From: Lingula anatina
Lineage: Eukaryota; Animalia; Brachiopoda
Assembly: GCA_051362555.1 (NCBI GenBank)
Contig: CM120640.1
Coordinates: 63,714,788 to 63,778,787 of the forward strand
DNA: 64,000 nucleotides
Direction of reading: 5' to 3'
The notes beneath the pieces are model-generated. The model ran no database searches. It worked only from the letters and a program-made list of their open reading frames with translations, and was not told the origin of the DNA. Below, one piece after another: positions 1-13,220 of the stretch. The first letter of the stretch is position 1. Each line of letters opens with the position of its first letter. The translations under genes were made by a program, and so were the position numbers.

Positions 1-338
1 TTTGTTCAATTCTCTCAATTGTTGAAAAACTTTAAAGTCAAATGAAATTTTGGATTTTTTTATCAGTCGTTCAAAAACGGTAAAAATTTTTAGTGAAAAT
101 GATGTAAAAGTGAATATCATCCACCTATTGAACAAAATTCTTACTCCTGAAGATTTTATCTTCCAACAGTACAACAGTTACAGAAGGTTTATTGTTTAGA
201 ATATCTTTTTAATTCTATCTCCTTACCAAGCATTTGCAAGTATACTTCAATTAAAGAACAAAACTGGCAGAAGTTAATGCATCAGGGAAATTATATGGTA
301 ACTTATATGCTATAATGTTTGCATCTTATAAATGTCAA

Positions 339-418
339 ACTCACTAATGAATCAGATAATGAAACAGCTGATAAAGGGGCAGTCTTTTCTCAAAACCAGG
401 TGATTTGGGGATAAGCTC
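339..418 (-). pseudogene. Degenerate partial copy of FN3K exon 7
   Basis: Nearly matches 2640-2716 and translates [23 protein letters not shown]. The Trp codon is altered (TG| to TA|). Adjacent 128-330 also resembles 1820-2010. Confidence 0.8.
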
Positions 419-2243
419 TGCCAAAAAGGTTATTTATACCTCTGTTTGTTAGTCACAAGTCTAACTCAAAAAGTTATGGATGCATGGGTTTTGATTAATT
501 TTCAGGACAGAAATGGCCTAACTTAAAAGTGATTGTAGGCTTTAATGGTGATACAGATCACCATCTGAATTCAGGGATTTTTTGAAGATTTTTCACCATT
601 GTGAGATAGGGTCAATTTGGTCATTTTGGCACTGGAGACAGTATCATGGGGGAAAACCACACTTGGCTGTCACCTTGATTGGTTAATCAACTTGGTTAAT
701 AAACCTAAAAACAACAAAAACTGCCTTTAGAACATGATACTATTCTACCACAGCGCATCCACAAAACCCCATCAAAATCGGTCCAGTATATTTAAACAAA
801 TTTAATATAACAGCTCCATATATCCCCAAAGAGACCATAACCTGGTCATTTATTATTTTTAACAATTTCATATCAAAATGTTGACACATCAAGTGATTAG
901 TTAAGAAGTTCTGATATATAAGAAACAAGTAGAAGAAAAATGATTATTTTAAATCAGCCTACTCTATGTTTCAAAAATTTCTATGTAACAAATGTAGAGC
1001 ATTTCTAAAAGAGATTACTTTCCCCACTTCAATTTTCCATGAAAAACCTTCGGGAAGAAAATCAATCACAGATTTTTTATCCATTTAAAAGCAGCAGTTG
1101 AAATTTTCTTTGTAATAGAGATAGCAATTTATTCCTCAAATGTTGTAAAGTAGTAGCTAACAAACTAATAACACTTTTATCTGTAGACACATAATGCACT
1201 CTAATACATTAGAAACAAAATAAAGGAAGATCTTTACATGAGAGTATCACACTTAATGTGATATTTAAATTCAAATTCAAATCAAGTCTTATTACAACAA
1301 ATGTCATCAGCATAATCAGTCTGTCCTGATCAAGCATACAATAACATAAAAGGCACTTGTTAAAATAAGCCAGTTACTGTGTGACAGCTTTTTCAAAACT
1401 TAATTGTAGTATCCCGGTGTATGATAAAACATGCCAATAAACGAAATAAAATATCTTAATATCATTCTGATGTCAAGTGCAAAGCCCATATGGAGTAAAA
1501 ACCAGGTTTACAAAACTTCTTTCAAACACTTTTCGATTCCAAAAACTAACAGGTCATAAATTGGACTTGTATAAATCCTATGTGGAAGCAATGTCTGCCC
1601 TAAGTAGACTAGTCATTTTATATTCATTCTAATCAAATATCAATCATTATAAACACATTTTGAATTCTCTACTGAAAATCTTAAAATCATTAAACTGATT
1701 TCTTAGACAGATGTAACATAATGTGTTATCCATCTAATTCACTTAATTCAGTGTATGTTACATGTAATCTGCTTTTAGGAAATCTCCAGGCCAAGATATA
1801 AGTGAAATTCATCCACTTTTTGAACAAAATGAATTCTACTGAAGATTTTAAAGTCCAAATGTACAATATGTTACAAGCTTAATTACTCAGAATTTCTGTT
1901 TTAACATTAAAATTCTTTCTCCTTGCCAAGCATTTGCAAATGCACTTCAATTAAAGTACAAGATTGGAAGAAGAAAATAAGCTGGTAAATTATTTACTAC
2001 AATGTTTAGCACCAATGTTTTTTTTTTTTTCACTGTAGAATGTTTCACAGATAAAGCTTAAATCCTCCTGTCAGACTACAGAGAAATAATATGCACATAC
2101 TTGTTTAGCACCAATGTTTTCCGCTGTTGAATGTTTCAAAGATAAAGCTGATTTTCTGCTGTCAGACAACTACCAGTATCAAATATGGTAGTGTCTTATT
2201 CATTTTTTCCAAGTACGTATGTTCTAAACTGCTGAGAAATATT

Positions 2244-2996
2244 TTACTTTGCGAGTCCTCTCATTCGGCTCAAAGACTGACTCCTGTATCCAGTACCAAA
2301 GTGGTTCCTGAATGAAAAGATTCAAATCTCAAACTTGATTCAAACATTATTATAAGGTTAACAAAATATCCTGGTGGTCCAGAGATTGTCTAGTTGTGCT
2401 TTCATTTTGAGATCAATCATAATCATCTTCTGAAGTTTGCTAAACTAATAACATATGCTGAAGAAGTCAAGACGGTGGGTAGGGTAAGACACTTGTATCA
2501 TCTTGTAATCTATTTGTTTTCCTGAATGTGGACACAGGAGAACTGCTCCAATTTCATAAACCTTGCACAGGGTTTCATCATTTTTTTAAATATAAATATC
2601 TTGTATATCCACTAAAATGCTAACTTTTAAACATCACACTTACCAATGATTCAGATAATGAAAGAGCTGGTAAAGGGGTAGTCTTTTCTCAAAACCAGGT
2701 GATTTGGGGATAAGCTTGTGATATGCATCGAAAAAAGTTCTGCCAAATCCACCAAACATAGTAGCTATGCCAAATTCAAACTCTGCATGTCCATAAAAAG
2801 ATGCTGGGTCAAATATCACTGCAAAGTGAAAAAAAAAGAAACTATAAAAAAGGCTGCATCTTCATGTATCGAATCTTTACTCCTTCAAATCACAATGACA
2901 TAAAAAATTCTGAAATATTATACTCATATATGACACAGGCAAGATTAAAATCCAGGCAGATTTAAAATCTGCCTGGATTTCTATCTTGCCTGTGAC

Positions 2997-3071
<75 letters not shown>

Positions 3072-5777
3072 GAAAATAGAGTCCATTGTACTCTTGGTCC
3101 AAAATATATGAATAACAAAACTTTAAACTGGACATTTTTTGCAAAACTCAACTGAAATTTATTATCCACAATTGCTATCACCTGTTTGACATTAACAAGT
3201 TACATCTCAGCTGAGTGCAAACTATCCAAGCAGACAATGTGATTACAATATCTAAAAAAAGGAGGGATTCACATACATTTTCAAGGTACTCATCAAATTT
3301 TTAGCTTTTGTGCATACCACTAAACACCTGGGCCCAGTTTTATAAAGGACGTTTAGCACTAACCAGTGTTTAACTCTAACCAGACCTTAACAGTCTGTTA
3401 GTTAACTGACCTTTAAATAATTATTTAATCCAGTTAAACACTGGCCAGTTAACTAATTGGTTGTTTTCCGTCAGAAGACTGTATATGAAACACAATTTAA
3501 CCATCTTTTAGTTAATGGGTGTTAGGAGAATTTATTTACTGGTTAGGCTTATCCACTGGTTAGTGCTAAACGTCCTTTATAAAACTGGGCCCAGGTGTTT
3601 AGTGGTATGCACAAAAGCTAAAAATTTGATGAGTACCTTGAAAACAAGAGGAAGAGTGCAATTCAGTCAAACTGACTGCACTTAGCCAGAGTCCCCAGAG
3701 AGTTGGGATGATCCATGTTGACCGATGTCATCCATGCAAAATCTTTCATCACTGCTGAGATAATTCAGAAAATATTAAGTAAACCTATCACAACTGGATT
3801 TGACAGGCAGCATTTAAAAATGTGACCTAAGTCACAAAGCCCAACTCACATGGGCCATCATCTGTCTCAGATACATTTCCTCCCCACAAATCACCATGCA
3901 ACAAGGCTGGTTTAACCTCAATGTCTTTGAAAAGCTCTGGGATTTTTCTCTGAAGCTGAGGCCATAGTTCCCTCATTTCTTTGTCCCTGTACTACCAGGC
4001 AAGAAACGTTATACTGATTAATCAACTTTGTAGTGATATTCATAAGGTGGTATACAGACTGAATCTATGACTTTAAGGTTTAGAATAATCTTTTAAAAAG
4101 GAGTGAATGGTAATAGTTTTTCTTGCAATCAAATTTTGCAACAGAGTACATATCACTTAAAGATTTATCTTTTTAAAAAGGGATATTTTAAAGACTGCAC
4201 TGCATGACAATTTACCTCTTTCTCAATCATTTCTATTTGTGGCTTCAACTTCTGATTTGTAAAAAATGACTGAAATTAGAATTTTACAGGCCCTAAATAT
4301 CAGTTTACATGACATGTAACATGCATGTAATGTGAATACAGCTTTACATCAGTTTTGAGTAACAATGTGATTATTTAATAATTTAATATCCCACAAAATG
4401 AAACATCTCTCCAACAAAGGCACAGTCACAGTGACTGTGATTATCTTATGACTGGAACTACTTTGAAAAACAATCATGGTTTGAAGAAAACATAATTTTT
4501 ATTATTTGAGTGATCTGATTATTGATAGTTGAAATATATTCTATATGTACTTGTTAATCATTTTACTTTCAGATCAGTAATTGAACCATTTCTGCTGAAC
4601 TGTTACTACAAGGACATCATCTATTTTTCTTACCACCCAGTCTGCATTCCATGTGTTGTCTTGTGGAATGTAGCCACAACAAGTTGTGATATCAAAGCCA
4701 AACATGTCAACATATTTGGGACCTGTGGATTGGTGGACTGAGCTTTCCTGTCTCTGTAATTTCTTCGCAACTTCTTCATTGTACAAATGGAGTCTATAAA
4801 TATTCATTAATAATAATAAATCCAAATATATCTTAAAAATTAAGTTGAGCTTTGAAAAAATTAATAGTCAAAAGTGAATCTGAAGACAGCTGACACCCCT
4901 TTTCTCTAAAATCACTCAAGATTTACATAATTCGATTTAAATGTACATCTACAACATCTGGTGATTCACTGTCTGTTGACTGGCAATGATTATTTATAAA
5001 ACTGCTTATGATCTCAATAATTTATAGTTCTTCATAATGATCTCATAAACTGATACCTGGCTAACTTTTCACCAAGTTCAGCAGCGAACTTCCCAGAATT
5101 CTTCATGTCCATGTATTCCATTACTAAGTATGCACCTCCAGCTGGGTTATCAATAACCTGGAAAAAATAATTTATCATTTAGTCATTTTTTTTTTAAATT
5201 TTAATATTTTTAACCATGTGTTATACAGTAAATTGAAAGAAATGCAATATTATGTCTTTCATATCTAATGTTACCTTGATAGGCTTTGGCACCCTGATGG
5301 TTTGGGTTTTGTGGATGGCATCTAAGCTCGCAAATTCTCCTTCAAACATCTGACGCGCCTGTGTTTGAAATTAACACATATAAGCAGTGTTCATTGTGTA
5401 CACTTCTGTACTAGTATGTAGACAGAGGAGAACATTTCAAAACATAATTGACATATATACTTATTCAGGTTTTACCGTTCTTTAACAGATTAAAAGCAGC
5501 TAATAAAAGATATACTTTAAATGTAACAGCTGTGTTAGGTAAGAACATACAAGTGCATGTATTAATGACATTGTATTTGTGCTTTAAATGTGAAAAATCT
5601 ACAGGGATTAATGGTGGAACTGTGAAGTCTGCCTACCCCTTTCTCACCATTCACTTTTACAAACACTGGTCCAAGGTCAGTGAGAAACCCCTCACCACGG
5701 CTGATACATCCCCCTCCAGCTCTTCCATGTGGCTTCCAGGTATTAGTGTTTAGTTCCTTCTTTAACAGGGCCTCCAT
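2244..5777 (-). CDS. FN3KRP: Fructosamine-3-kinase / ketosamine-3-kinase (FN3K/FN3KRP family), 8 coding exons
   Basis: Phase-compatible GT-AG exons: 5777-5637 ([25 protein letters not shown]), 5358-5275 ([24 protein letters not shown]), 5157-5057 (GGAYLVMEY), 4793-4634 ([21 protein letters not shown]), 4269-4216 ([18 protein letters not shown]), 3991-3850 ([19 protein letters not shown]), 2818-2644 ([25 protein letters not shown]), 2307-2244 (NHFGTGY..stop). These motifs are diagnostic for the family. Assignment to FN3K versus FN3KRP cannot be resolved here. Confidence 0.95.
2997..3068. repeat. (TA)n microsatellite
   Basis: Directly visible TA run with one interruption. Confidence 0.97.
3278..3644. 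mobile_element. Fold-back/MITE with 91-bp perfect inverted arms in an FN3K intron
   Basis: 3278-3368 is the exact reverse complement of 3554-3644. The inner ends GGGCCCAGTTTTATAAA resemble Harbinger-like MITE termini. Confidence 0.85.
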
Positions 5778-6877
5778 TGTTTTAATAAATCGCATCCACT
5801 GGCTTCAAGTTTGAGATTCACTTGGTTGGGGGTTGGTGTACCTCACCTGTAAGGTCAATTAAAATAGCATAAAAATATACAATTTATGTCCAGAGACTCT
5901 CTTCAGGTAAAATATAAAAACTGAGAGACTCCCACTCTATCAGTGAGGTACAGATGAGGCCAAGAAAAGGTACATTAACTAGGCCATTGATAATTTGAAA
6001 TGTACAGTACAGTACAGCACAATGCAATTTGACCTTCAAGGCTTCAGCCAGACACGTCCTCCTATCAGCCGGTTTGCAGTTTGCAGTTAATCAATGAAGT
6101 GCATAAACACATTGTTTATTTACACCTACTTCGGCTCTGTGGGCATTTAATTCGGTAGCTGCAGCACAAATGTACATTTGGTTTATTACAGTGTGTTTAG
6201 TAAATGAACGTTCTTCATCGCTTTGATTGAAACTTGAAACATGTCCTTTTAAGTGACCTGCTGCTTACCAGCTGGGAAAAACCTGTCCACGAATTGGTTA
6301 CATATGTCACATACACACTGAGCTTATTATAAGATTCTACCAACCTTAAGAGGTCTAGATAAACCTAAACTGTTTACAAGACAACTCCAGCATCAGTCGT
6401 TCTGTTTCATTTTTGGATTCTGCTTCTTGAATTCGGCGATAGATGGCGGGGCTGTAGACTCGTCCAAGCTGCAACTAACTACCCGACGAGAACAAGTTTT
6501 TGTCAATATTCAAAAGAAAATGAAAGAAACAAGCCTTCATGAGAATTTGAAGGAGAACACTATTATGTATTCATGTGAAAATGATATATCTGATGGTTTT
6601 GGGAGAAGAATTATTCTGCTAATGAGATAATATCATAATTTAATCTCGTTTTAGAAAATATTTACATGTTTATAGAAGGTTAACGCAAGAAGTTATAACT
6701 TCTTGGTTAACGTAATGGTTATATTAATGTTGCTTAAGTTTATGTTTTATAAACATTCTAAATTTGAAAAAGAAAGCACCTTTTAGGATGATTTATTGTC
6801 AAATAGCGTCATTTCTTTGAGGCGGGGAAACTTCAAAACACCAAAAGCAAGATGAGTAAGCTCTAGTGGTTTAATTA

Positions 6878-7847
6878 GGCCACACTTTTTTATTTTTATG
6901 GATGACATCCTCTGGGTACACCAAAATCGGTGCGAGAGGGCGAAAAAAAAAAAAACAGTCCAAAAAAAAAAAACTGCTTAAGTAAAGGAATGCTGTCAGT
7001 ACACAGCTGGAAACACAATTTTAACCACAGAAACACGTATCAAACTAACAATATGTCTTTATCCATGCTCTCAAAATATTAAAGCATTGTGAATACTTCG
7101 TAGAAATGTAAAAAAAAGTCATGAATTGATATACTTCATATTACCAAATCTATTTAAGGTTATTTCATGCATTCATTTGGTATAGCAATCAATAAAACAA
7201 ATATCAATCAAACAGTGTGTCTTTATTTGTATCCTCAGAATATTAAAACATTTTGAACACTTCACAGAAATGTTTAAAAAATGATGCAAAGATATGCTTA
7301 ATACTACCAAATCTATTAAAGGTCATTTCAGACGATGCCATTTTGTCAACTTCAACATACACGAAGCAGCTAAACTGTCAGGTGGCCTGTCCGACCATCA
7401 GCCCCCCCATATACCTCGACGCCCTTGTCGACCCTTTTTTCGCTACAGAAAACCTGGTATTAATGTGCTGCTTTATACAGAATGTCACAGAAATGTTTCG
7501 GCCGCCGCCAGCCTTTCGCACAATTGTAAAAAGGTGATATCTCCATGCCCAATATCAATGGCATACCAATCCAAAACGATGAAGCCCGTTCTCTTTATGA
7601 CTTTTATTGTTGTGCAATTTGAAAGTAATCCTAGAGATGAATTTGACAGCAAAGTGGCCGCATTTCCACGTGGCGAAAATACGCATGCGCAGAAAGCTCA
7701 TTTCCTTGCAAATTCAATAACAACGTTTGCAACAACCGACTTCGTTGGGGGCTGGGGGGGGGCTTTTTTTTTTTTTTTTTTTTCGGAGAACGGGCGAAAA
7801 TCCGTGCGCGCGCAGGATGTCATCCATAAAATTAAAAAAGTGTGGCC
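6878..7847. mobile_element. Non-autonomous DNA transposon, PIF/Harbinger-like (TTA TSD)
   Basis: TIRs GGCCACACTTTTTTATTTTTATGGATGACATCC and GGATGTCATCCATAAAATTAAAAAAGTGTGGCC, flanked by TTA on both sides. No transposase motif was seen inside. Confidence 0.85.
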
Positions 7848-9026
7848 TTAGGTGAAATCTATAAATGTAAGGTTCGATTCAAAAAGGTATTTCTTCTCTT
7901 CAGATATGATATTAGGCCTGTTGTCCATATTTCAATCATTCATTCATTTTAACTTTCGAACATTTAGTTCCAAACTTGATTTTTATTAATGAAATATAAC
8001 AGATTCACGTGTTCGATATTCAAAATAACCTTCTAATACGCAATGATAACTCAATTTTTGTTTAGTAAAAAGAAAAACATACAAATCATTTTCTGGAGAA
8101 AATTTGTATATTTTTAGGTAGAATTATTTTTTAACAAATAAGTACTTATGATACGCCAAAAATAAATAATGTATATAACACACTGATAACACAAATACCC
8201 CCACCCCCTCTTACATCACTTTAATTTCACTTTTGGACAATTATGCTTCGTCCCCGTTACCGAGTTATGCAACTCGTTTCGGGAAACACAGAGGGCGAGT
8301 CTGCCATATTAATACGAAATGAGAGATGAAAATATTTCAAGGACCAATGGCCCTTATTCCACTGGTAATTTGTTAGATGAATTCGTAATGTTTTTTCTTC
8401 TTTTCACTGGACAAATGGGCATTTTGACTTTCTGTCTTTAAAAGTGGCTCGAGCTATTGCTCACCTAAAGGTTTTGAAGAAAGCACTATGAGATACCAAT
8501 AATATAACTCCAAGAGAAGAAAAAATATAGTAACCTTTATTTCCTCCTATATTATATTATATTCTAAGAATTATTCGGGTACCAATTTCGAATTCAGTTG
8601 ATTATCTGAAATTGACCATTCTAGAAAATAAGTTTAAGTCAAAATTTGTTTAAACAGCTTTCACGATAACAAGATACTTTAAAGGCGTTACAGTATATAT
8701 TTTCAGCTGTCTTAATTTGTTCTTCGAAGGATGGGCAATTTAATCAGCTCCCCTAGTATCAGTTTTAACAAGTGACGATGTTCTCACGTATATTAAGACT
8801 TAGGACCTGATAACTATGTTTACGTTTTCTGTAGTTTAGGCATACAAAAATGTTTACAAAACTCTTCATCAAGGCAGGCGAAGGTATTATGAAACGTGAG
8901 AATAATATGCAACTGTAATTTTTTAATTAGCCTGAACCTAGCTAGTCTAATTCATCTTTTTTTAGATTTGTTGCCTATCTATTATCCCTATCTTTATCGT
9001 AATTTAGGTCACGAATTGAGCACTAG

Positions 9027-9292
9027 GAGCCCCTGCCCAGTGAAACTATCAATCTGCGCAGATCGATCCAGCTACGAGGGGACTCTCGCCGAATGCAATC
9101 AGATTATAAGATAAACACGCCTGCTCCTGATGGCGTTGAGTAGAATGCATAAAACCTGGCGATTGTGTGATTACGTTGGAAACAAGCGAAGGCGTGTCAA
9201 TTAATTAATATGACTATGTACATACAGCGAGAGTCCCAGCGGAGTTGGATCGATCTACGTAGAACGACAGTTTCAGTGGGAATTGGCCCTAA
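9027..9292. mobile_element. Degenerate palindromic MITE just upstream of the SRCR gene
   Basis: Imperfect inverted arms aaactatcaatctgcgcagatcgatccagctacgaggggactctcg and cgagagtcccagcggagttggatcgatctacgtagaacgacagttt. Confidence 0.6.
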
Positions 9293-9415
9293 GAACAGCG
9301 ACCGAGAAACAGAATGATGAGATGTTATAGGTACTTACTGAACAAAAAGCTAGGTTTGACAGGCGCAGGCGACATAATCAAAAGCAGTCATTAGTAAAGG
9401 CTTCACCGGGGGAGC

Positions 9416-12400
9416 ATGTTCAGTTTGCAGTTCGCAGTTGTAGTTCTCGTATTGTTTGGGGCAAAAGCACAAGTAAGAATAAAACAGACTTTGTTCTTTT
9501 GCTTAATTTCAAACAAAAAAGAAAAGCACAAGTTTCTTTTTTTCTCCTCAAGGAAACTTTGCACGACGTAAATGATCTTAAGAAAGTAATTTAAAACATT
9601 TAAAAACATTGTCCTATATTTTAAATAGATGTTAATATTTTAAGAAAAATGGAGATGTGCGCCTCATTGATGTAGTGCAAGGTTACGAAGCAGGTGTTGC
9701 CACAGGGCCATCGGGGGTTGTGCAGGGCTACTTCAATGGAAGATGGGGTTTTATCTGTGATGATATGTTCACGGGTAATAGTGTGTACGGTAATGGTGGA
9801 CCTATAGTTGTTTGTAGGCAGTTGGGTTACCCAACGGAGACACCAGTTCACAGAACCACGACTGTCCGTAAGTACGGGAAACTTTTGGAAGTAATATCAT
9901 GTAGACCTATCATGAGCTACATACATCTGTGTACTAGTATTGGCGGGGGCTTACCTTTTGCCTAATTTTCTATGACACTCATGCTGCCGTAAGCGCCATA
10001 TTCAGTATGTGAAGGCCTACGAGCAAACAAAAATGTATTTTGCTGAACTAATATTTGACGAAAACAGTATTTATAAATGATCTCTTTAATTCACCGTACT
10101 GAGTAAACCTTTACAATATTATAGTGGCATACGTTACGTTGAATGATCGTATAAATACTATATATGGTTTTTAGATGGAGCAGGCGCAAAGATGGTGTTT
10201 GACAACGTGAAATGCAAAGGCACCGAGAATAATATATTCGAATGCGGATTTTATATTGCAACACCCCACAATTGTAAAGATAATGAAGCAGCATATGTTG
10301 AATGCGGTAGGTACAAGTACATGCACTCAGATATAAGAAAGTCTGCAAAATACATGCTGCCTGAAATCTTATCTTAAGATAACCTGCTGTTATATTGTAT
10401 ATGTACAACGTACATGTGTATCATAAAAAGAAACATCCAATAAAGCCTAAGATATGCATCTAGATACTAAAAGAAAAGAAGAACTTTCCATCTGACCAAC
10501 TGTAAAAGAAAACGAATAGTAAAATTGGTAATTGGTTTTGCAATTAATTAGGAAAGACCTGTGTGAATCCACCGTGTCAGACTGGCGGGGGACCAACAGA
10601 GGGTGTGTCTGGAGGCCATGTGAGGAGAAAAAATGGATATTTTAATATCAAAATATTTTAAAAACAAATTCAAAAAGTCTAATTTATAAGAATCTATATT
10701 TCACATTATTATTGTTACCAAAGATAAATTTTATTACAATAGCACTGTTGGATGTATTAACATCATATTCCACTTATTTTTCATTAAAAAAGTTTATAAT
10801 ATTCATGATCATGAGAAGACTATTTCTTGATATACATGTGCATTTAAACATCGCATCAACGCGTATCACTGAAAAGAACCGAGTGTTTTTTTTATCTCTT
10901 TCACTAAAATAAAATCAGCTATCAGAAGTAAATTGTAAAATATATTTTAATGTGAGGAATACTTGAAGATTTTGTTTAAATACCTTTCAAGGTAAATGGA
11001 GATGTTCGCCTAATAGAAACTCTTCAAGGGCATGCAGCCGGAGTTGCTACGGGACCTGAAGGCGTTGTCCAAGGTTATTTTAATGGGAGATGGGGATACA
11101 TCTGTGACGATTGGTTCGTGGGTCAAGGCGTTAGTGGTAACGGCGGTCCTAAAGTGGTCTGTAGAATGCTGGGGTACCCCACCGCCAACCCGGTGCATCA
11201 TTCTGTCTCCGTGTGTAAGTGGACCATTGATAAAATTAGACCTACAGTATTTGAAAATATTTTGGGCAGTTTTAGAATATGAAACGTGCTTCTGTCGGTT
11301 TCGGTGTTTGGGTCTTTCTTTTTTTAGGTCTTCATCCATCAGTGTGATCTGGTATGATGGGTGCCTCCCTCCTTTGTCCACCGGATCTACCTGCAAGACC
11401 ATCTCCTCATGTAAACTAAAAAAGCAATCAGAGAGCGCAGACCTCCGCCAAGGCAGCTCAATTCTCATTATTGATAATTAATAATTAAACATTAATTTTT
11501 AAGTGGATCAGCACCAAATTCGAATCGATTCTTACTTGGTTCACTTCCAACAGCTTCTGAAAATTTCATCAAAATCCACCCACAACATAATGTGGCTAAC
11601 AGATAAGCATACGGATAAACGGAACCAGAAACAAATCCTTGGCGGAGGTTAATTAATGCATTTTTTTAATAAAGGTAGATAAACATAGAAATTTTAAGGA
11701 TCTGCATTTATTTAGAAGGGTCTATTACTTCATCAAAAAATGTCACCCAATGACCACTAGTTCTGAAACCACTCTAGAAGGACTGGAAGTAGGAGGACTA
11801 GAAGTAGAATAATAGGGAATTAATAATTACGCAGTACATGTACATGTATGTATACACGTGCCATTGTATCTAGGGTTCTTTTCTTAATGCAAACTCCTAT
11901 TACGTGGCACATTATCAAAGGCATGGACTGAAAATGATTTTTACATTCAGTCTGAACAATTTTTTCTTTAGATGGAGCTGGCAGAGATATGATATTTGAC
12001 AATGTGCGATGCAAAGGAACTGAAAGTAGAATCTTTGAATGCGGTTATTTTATTGCATCTTCTCGTAACTGCAAAGATAACGAAGCTTCGTATGTGAAAT
12101 GCGGTAAGTTTGTGCACGGATTCCAATAAACGCCGGGAATTCGGCTAACCATGGATGATTTCTTACCCTGTTAGGTTCCACATACGCTTAAATTATAGAT
12201 TGCAACCTCCTGATGAAACGGGTTTCTCTATACTTCGGTCAGGCTGTGATATTAACTTGATGTGATTTATACAGAATATCAACATCTGTCGAAATGAAGC
12301 TTATATATATGCAAAAAATGATGCGTCCCCAACAAACAATTCTAGGACGTATTTACTATGACCATTTTATAACTCGAAAGAAAAAAACGTAACTGTTACG

Positions 12401-12587
12401 TCTGAAAATTTTGTGGCGTAAGACATTGTTTTCTTTTGCTATTTTTTTAGAGGCAACTTGTGGAAGTTCGCCGTGCCAGAACGGAGGATCTTGTTTGGCC
12501 ATTGGAAACAACAAGTACAGCTGCACTTGCCCCACTGGTTTCCATGGCCCTGACTGTGAAATCCATGCCAATGAAGTGATCGGTTAA
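9416..12587 (+). CDS. Secreted scavenger-receptor cysteine-rich protein: signal peptide - SRCR - linker - SRCR - EGF, 7 exons
   Basis: Exons 9416-9472 ([19 protein letters not shown]), 9645-9867 ([30 protein letters not shown]), 10175-10306 ([24 protein letters not shown]), 10552-10619 ([13 protein letters not shown]..), 10992-11214, 11972-12103, 12451-12587 ([28 protein letters not shown]..stop). All splice phases are compatible and no TM segment is present. Confidence 0.85.
11418..11655 (-). mobile_element. Short HINE/Helentron-like element
   Basis: Subterminal inverted repeats ACCTCCGCCAAGG (11441) and CCTTGGCGGAGGT (11638), with a hairpin-like agagagcgcagacct next to an A-rich end. Confidence 0.65.
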
Positions 12588-13115
12588 ATTAGTTTCTGCA
12601 CGATTCGGCTATTATACAAAGAAGATGGACATCAACTTAAATATCAGAAAATGAGGCAAATAGATCGTAATTGAGTTTGAGCGTTATGCACAGCCATCAT
12701 ACCTACCTGACCTCTTTGGACATACTTGTAATCGGCAAATAGCGTGTTCTTTTCAATATAACTCGCTTTATCTGTGTAAATGTAAGGTTCTTAAATTTAT
12801 ACAAATGCAAACAGTTGGTAATAATAAACGAACAGGGACATTTCACGATAATTTTTCAGGTAAAGACAATGTCGATTAAGAGTTTTGTAAGAGACTTCTA
12901 GCGACCCCTGTGGTCAGAGAGTAAGGATAAAAAATTGGTGAATATATTGGCTTGCTCTAATATTATGCAATTTTATGGCTACGACACGCAATCGTTAGTG
13001 ATACGCTGCCGTTAAGTTATCCATGTTCGAAATGTTCTACGTGAATTGTTAACACATTATGAGTAGCCTACGTTTGTTAACGGCTCTGCTCTTACGTTCA
13101 GCGTTAATACGCTAC

Positions 13116-13220
13116 TAGCACGAAAATTCATGCGTTAGCACTCCTATTGACGATTCTGATGTGTACTGTCTGCTCATCAGAATAGTCAATATGAGTGCTA
13201 ACGCATGAATTTTCGTGTTA
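13116..13220. repeat. Hairpin/palindrome with ~45-bp arms
   Basis: gcacgaaaattcatgcgttagcactcctattgacgattctgatg pairs with catcagaatagtcaatatgagtgctaacgcatgaattttcgtg. Confidence 0.8.

Noticed and set aside
7294-7851. 185-aa ORF
   Set aside because: It lies inside a non-autonomous TIR element, runs through homopolymer tracts and shows no recognisable domain.
11010-11481. Overlapping 152-aa (-) and 149-aa (+) ORFs
   Set aside because: They are alternative frames over the SRCR exon 10992-11214 and the following intron.
12897-12916. CTCF-like motif CTAGCGACCCCTGTGG
   Set aside because: A single imperfect motif match with no supporting evidence.
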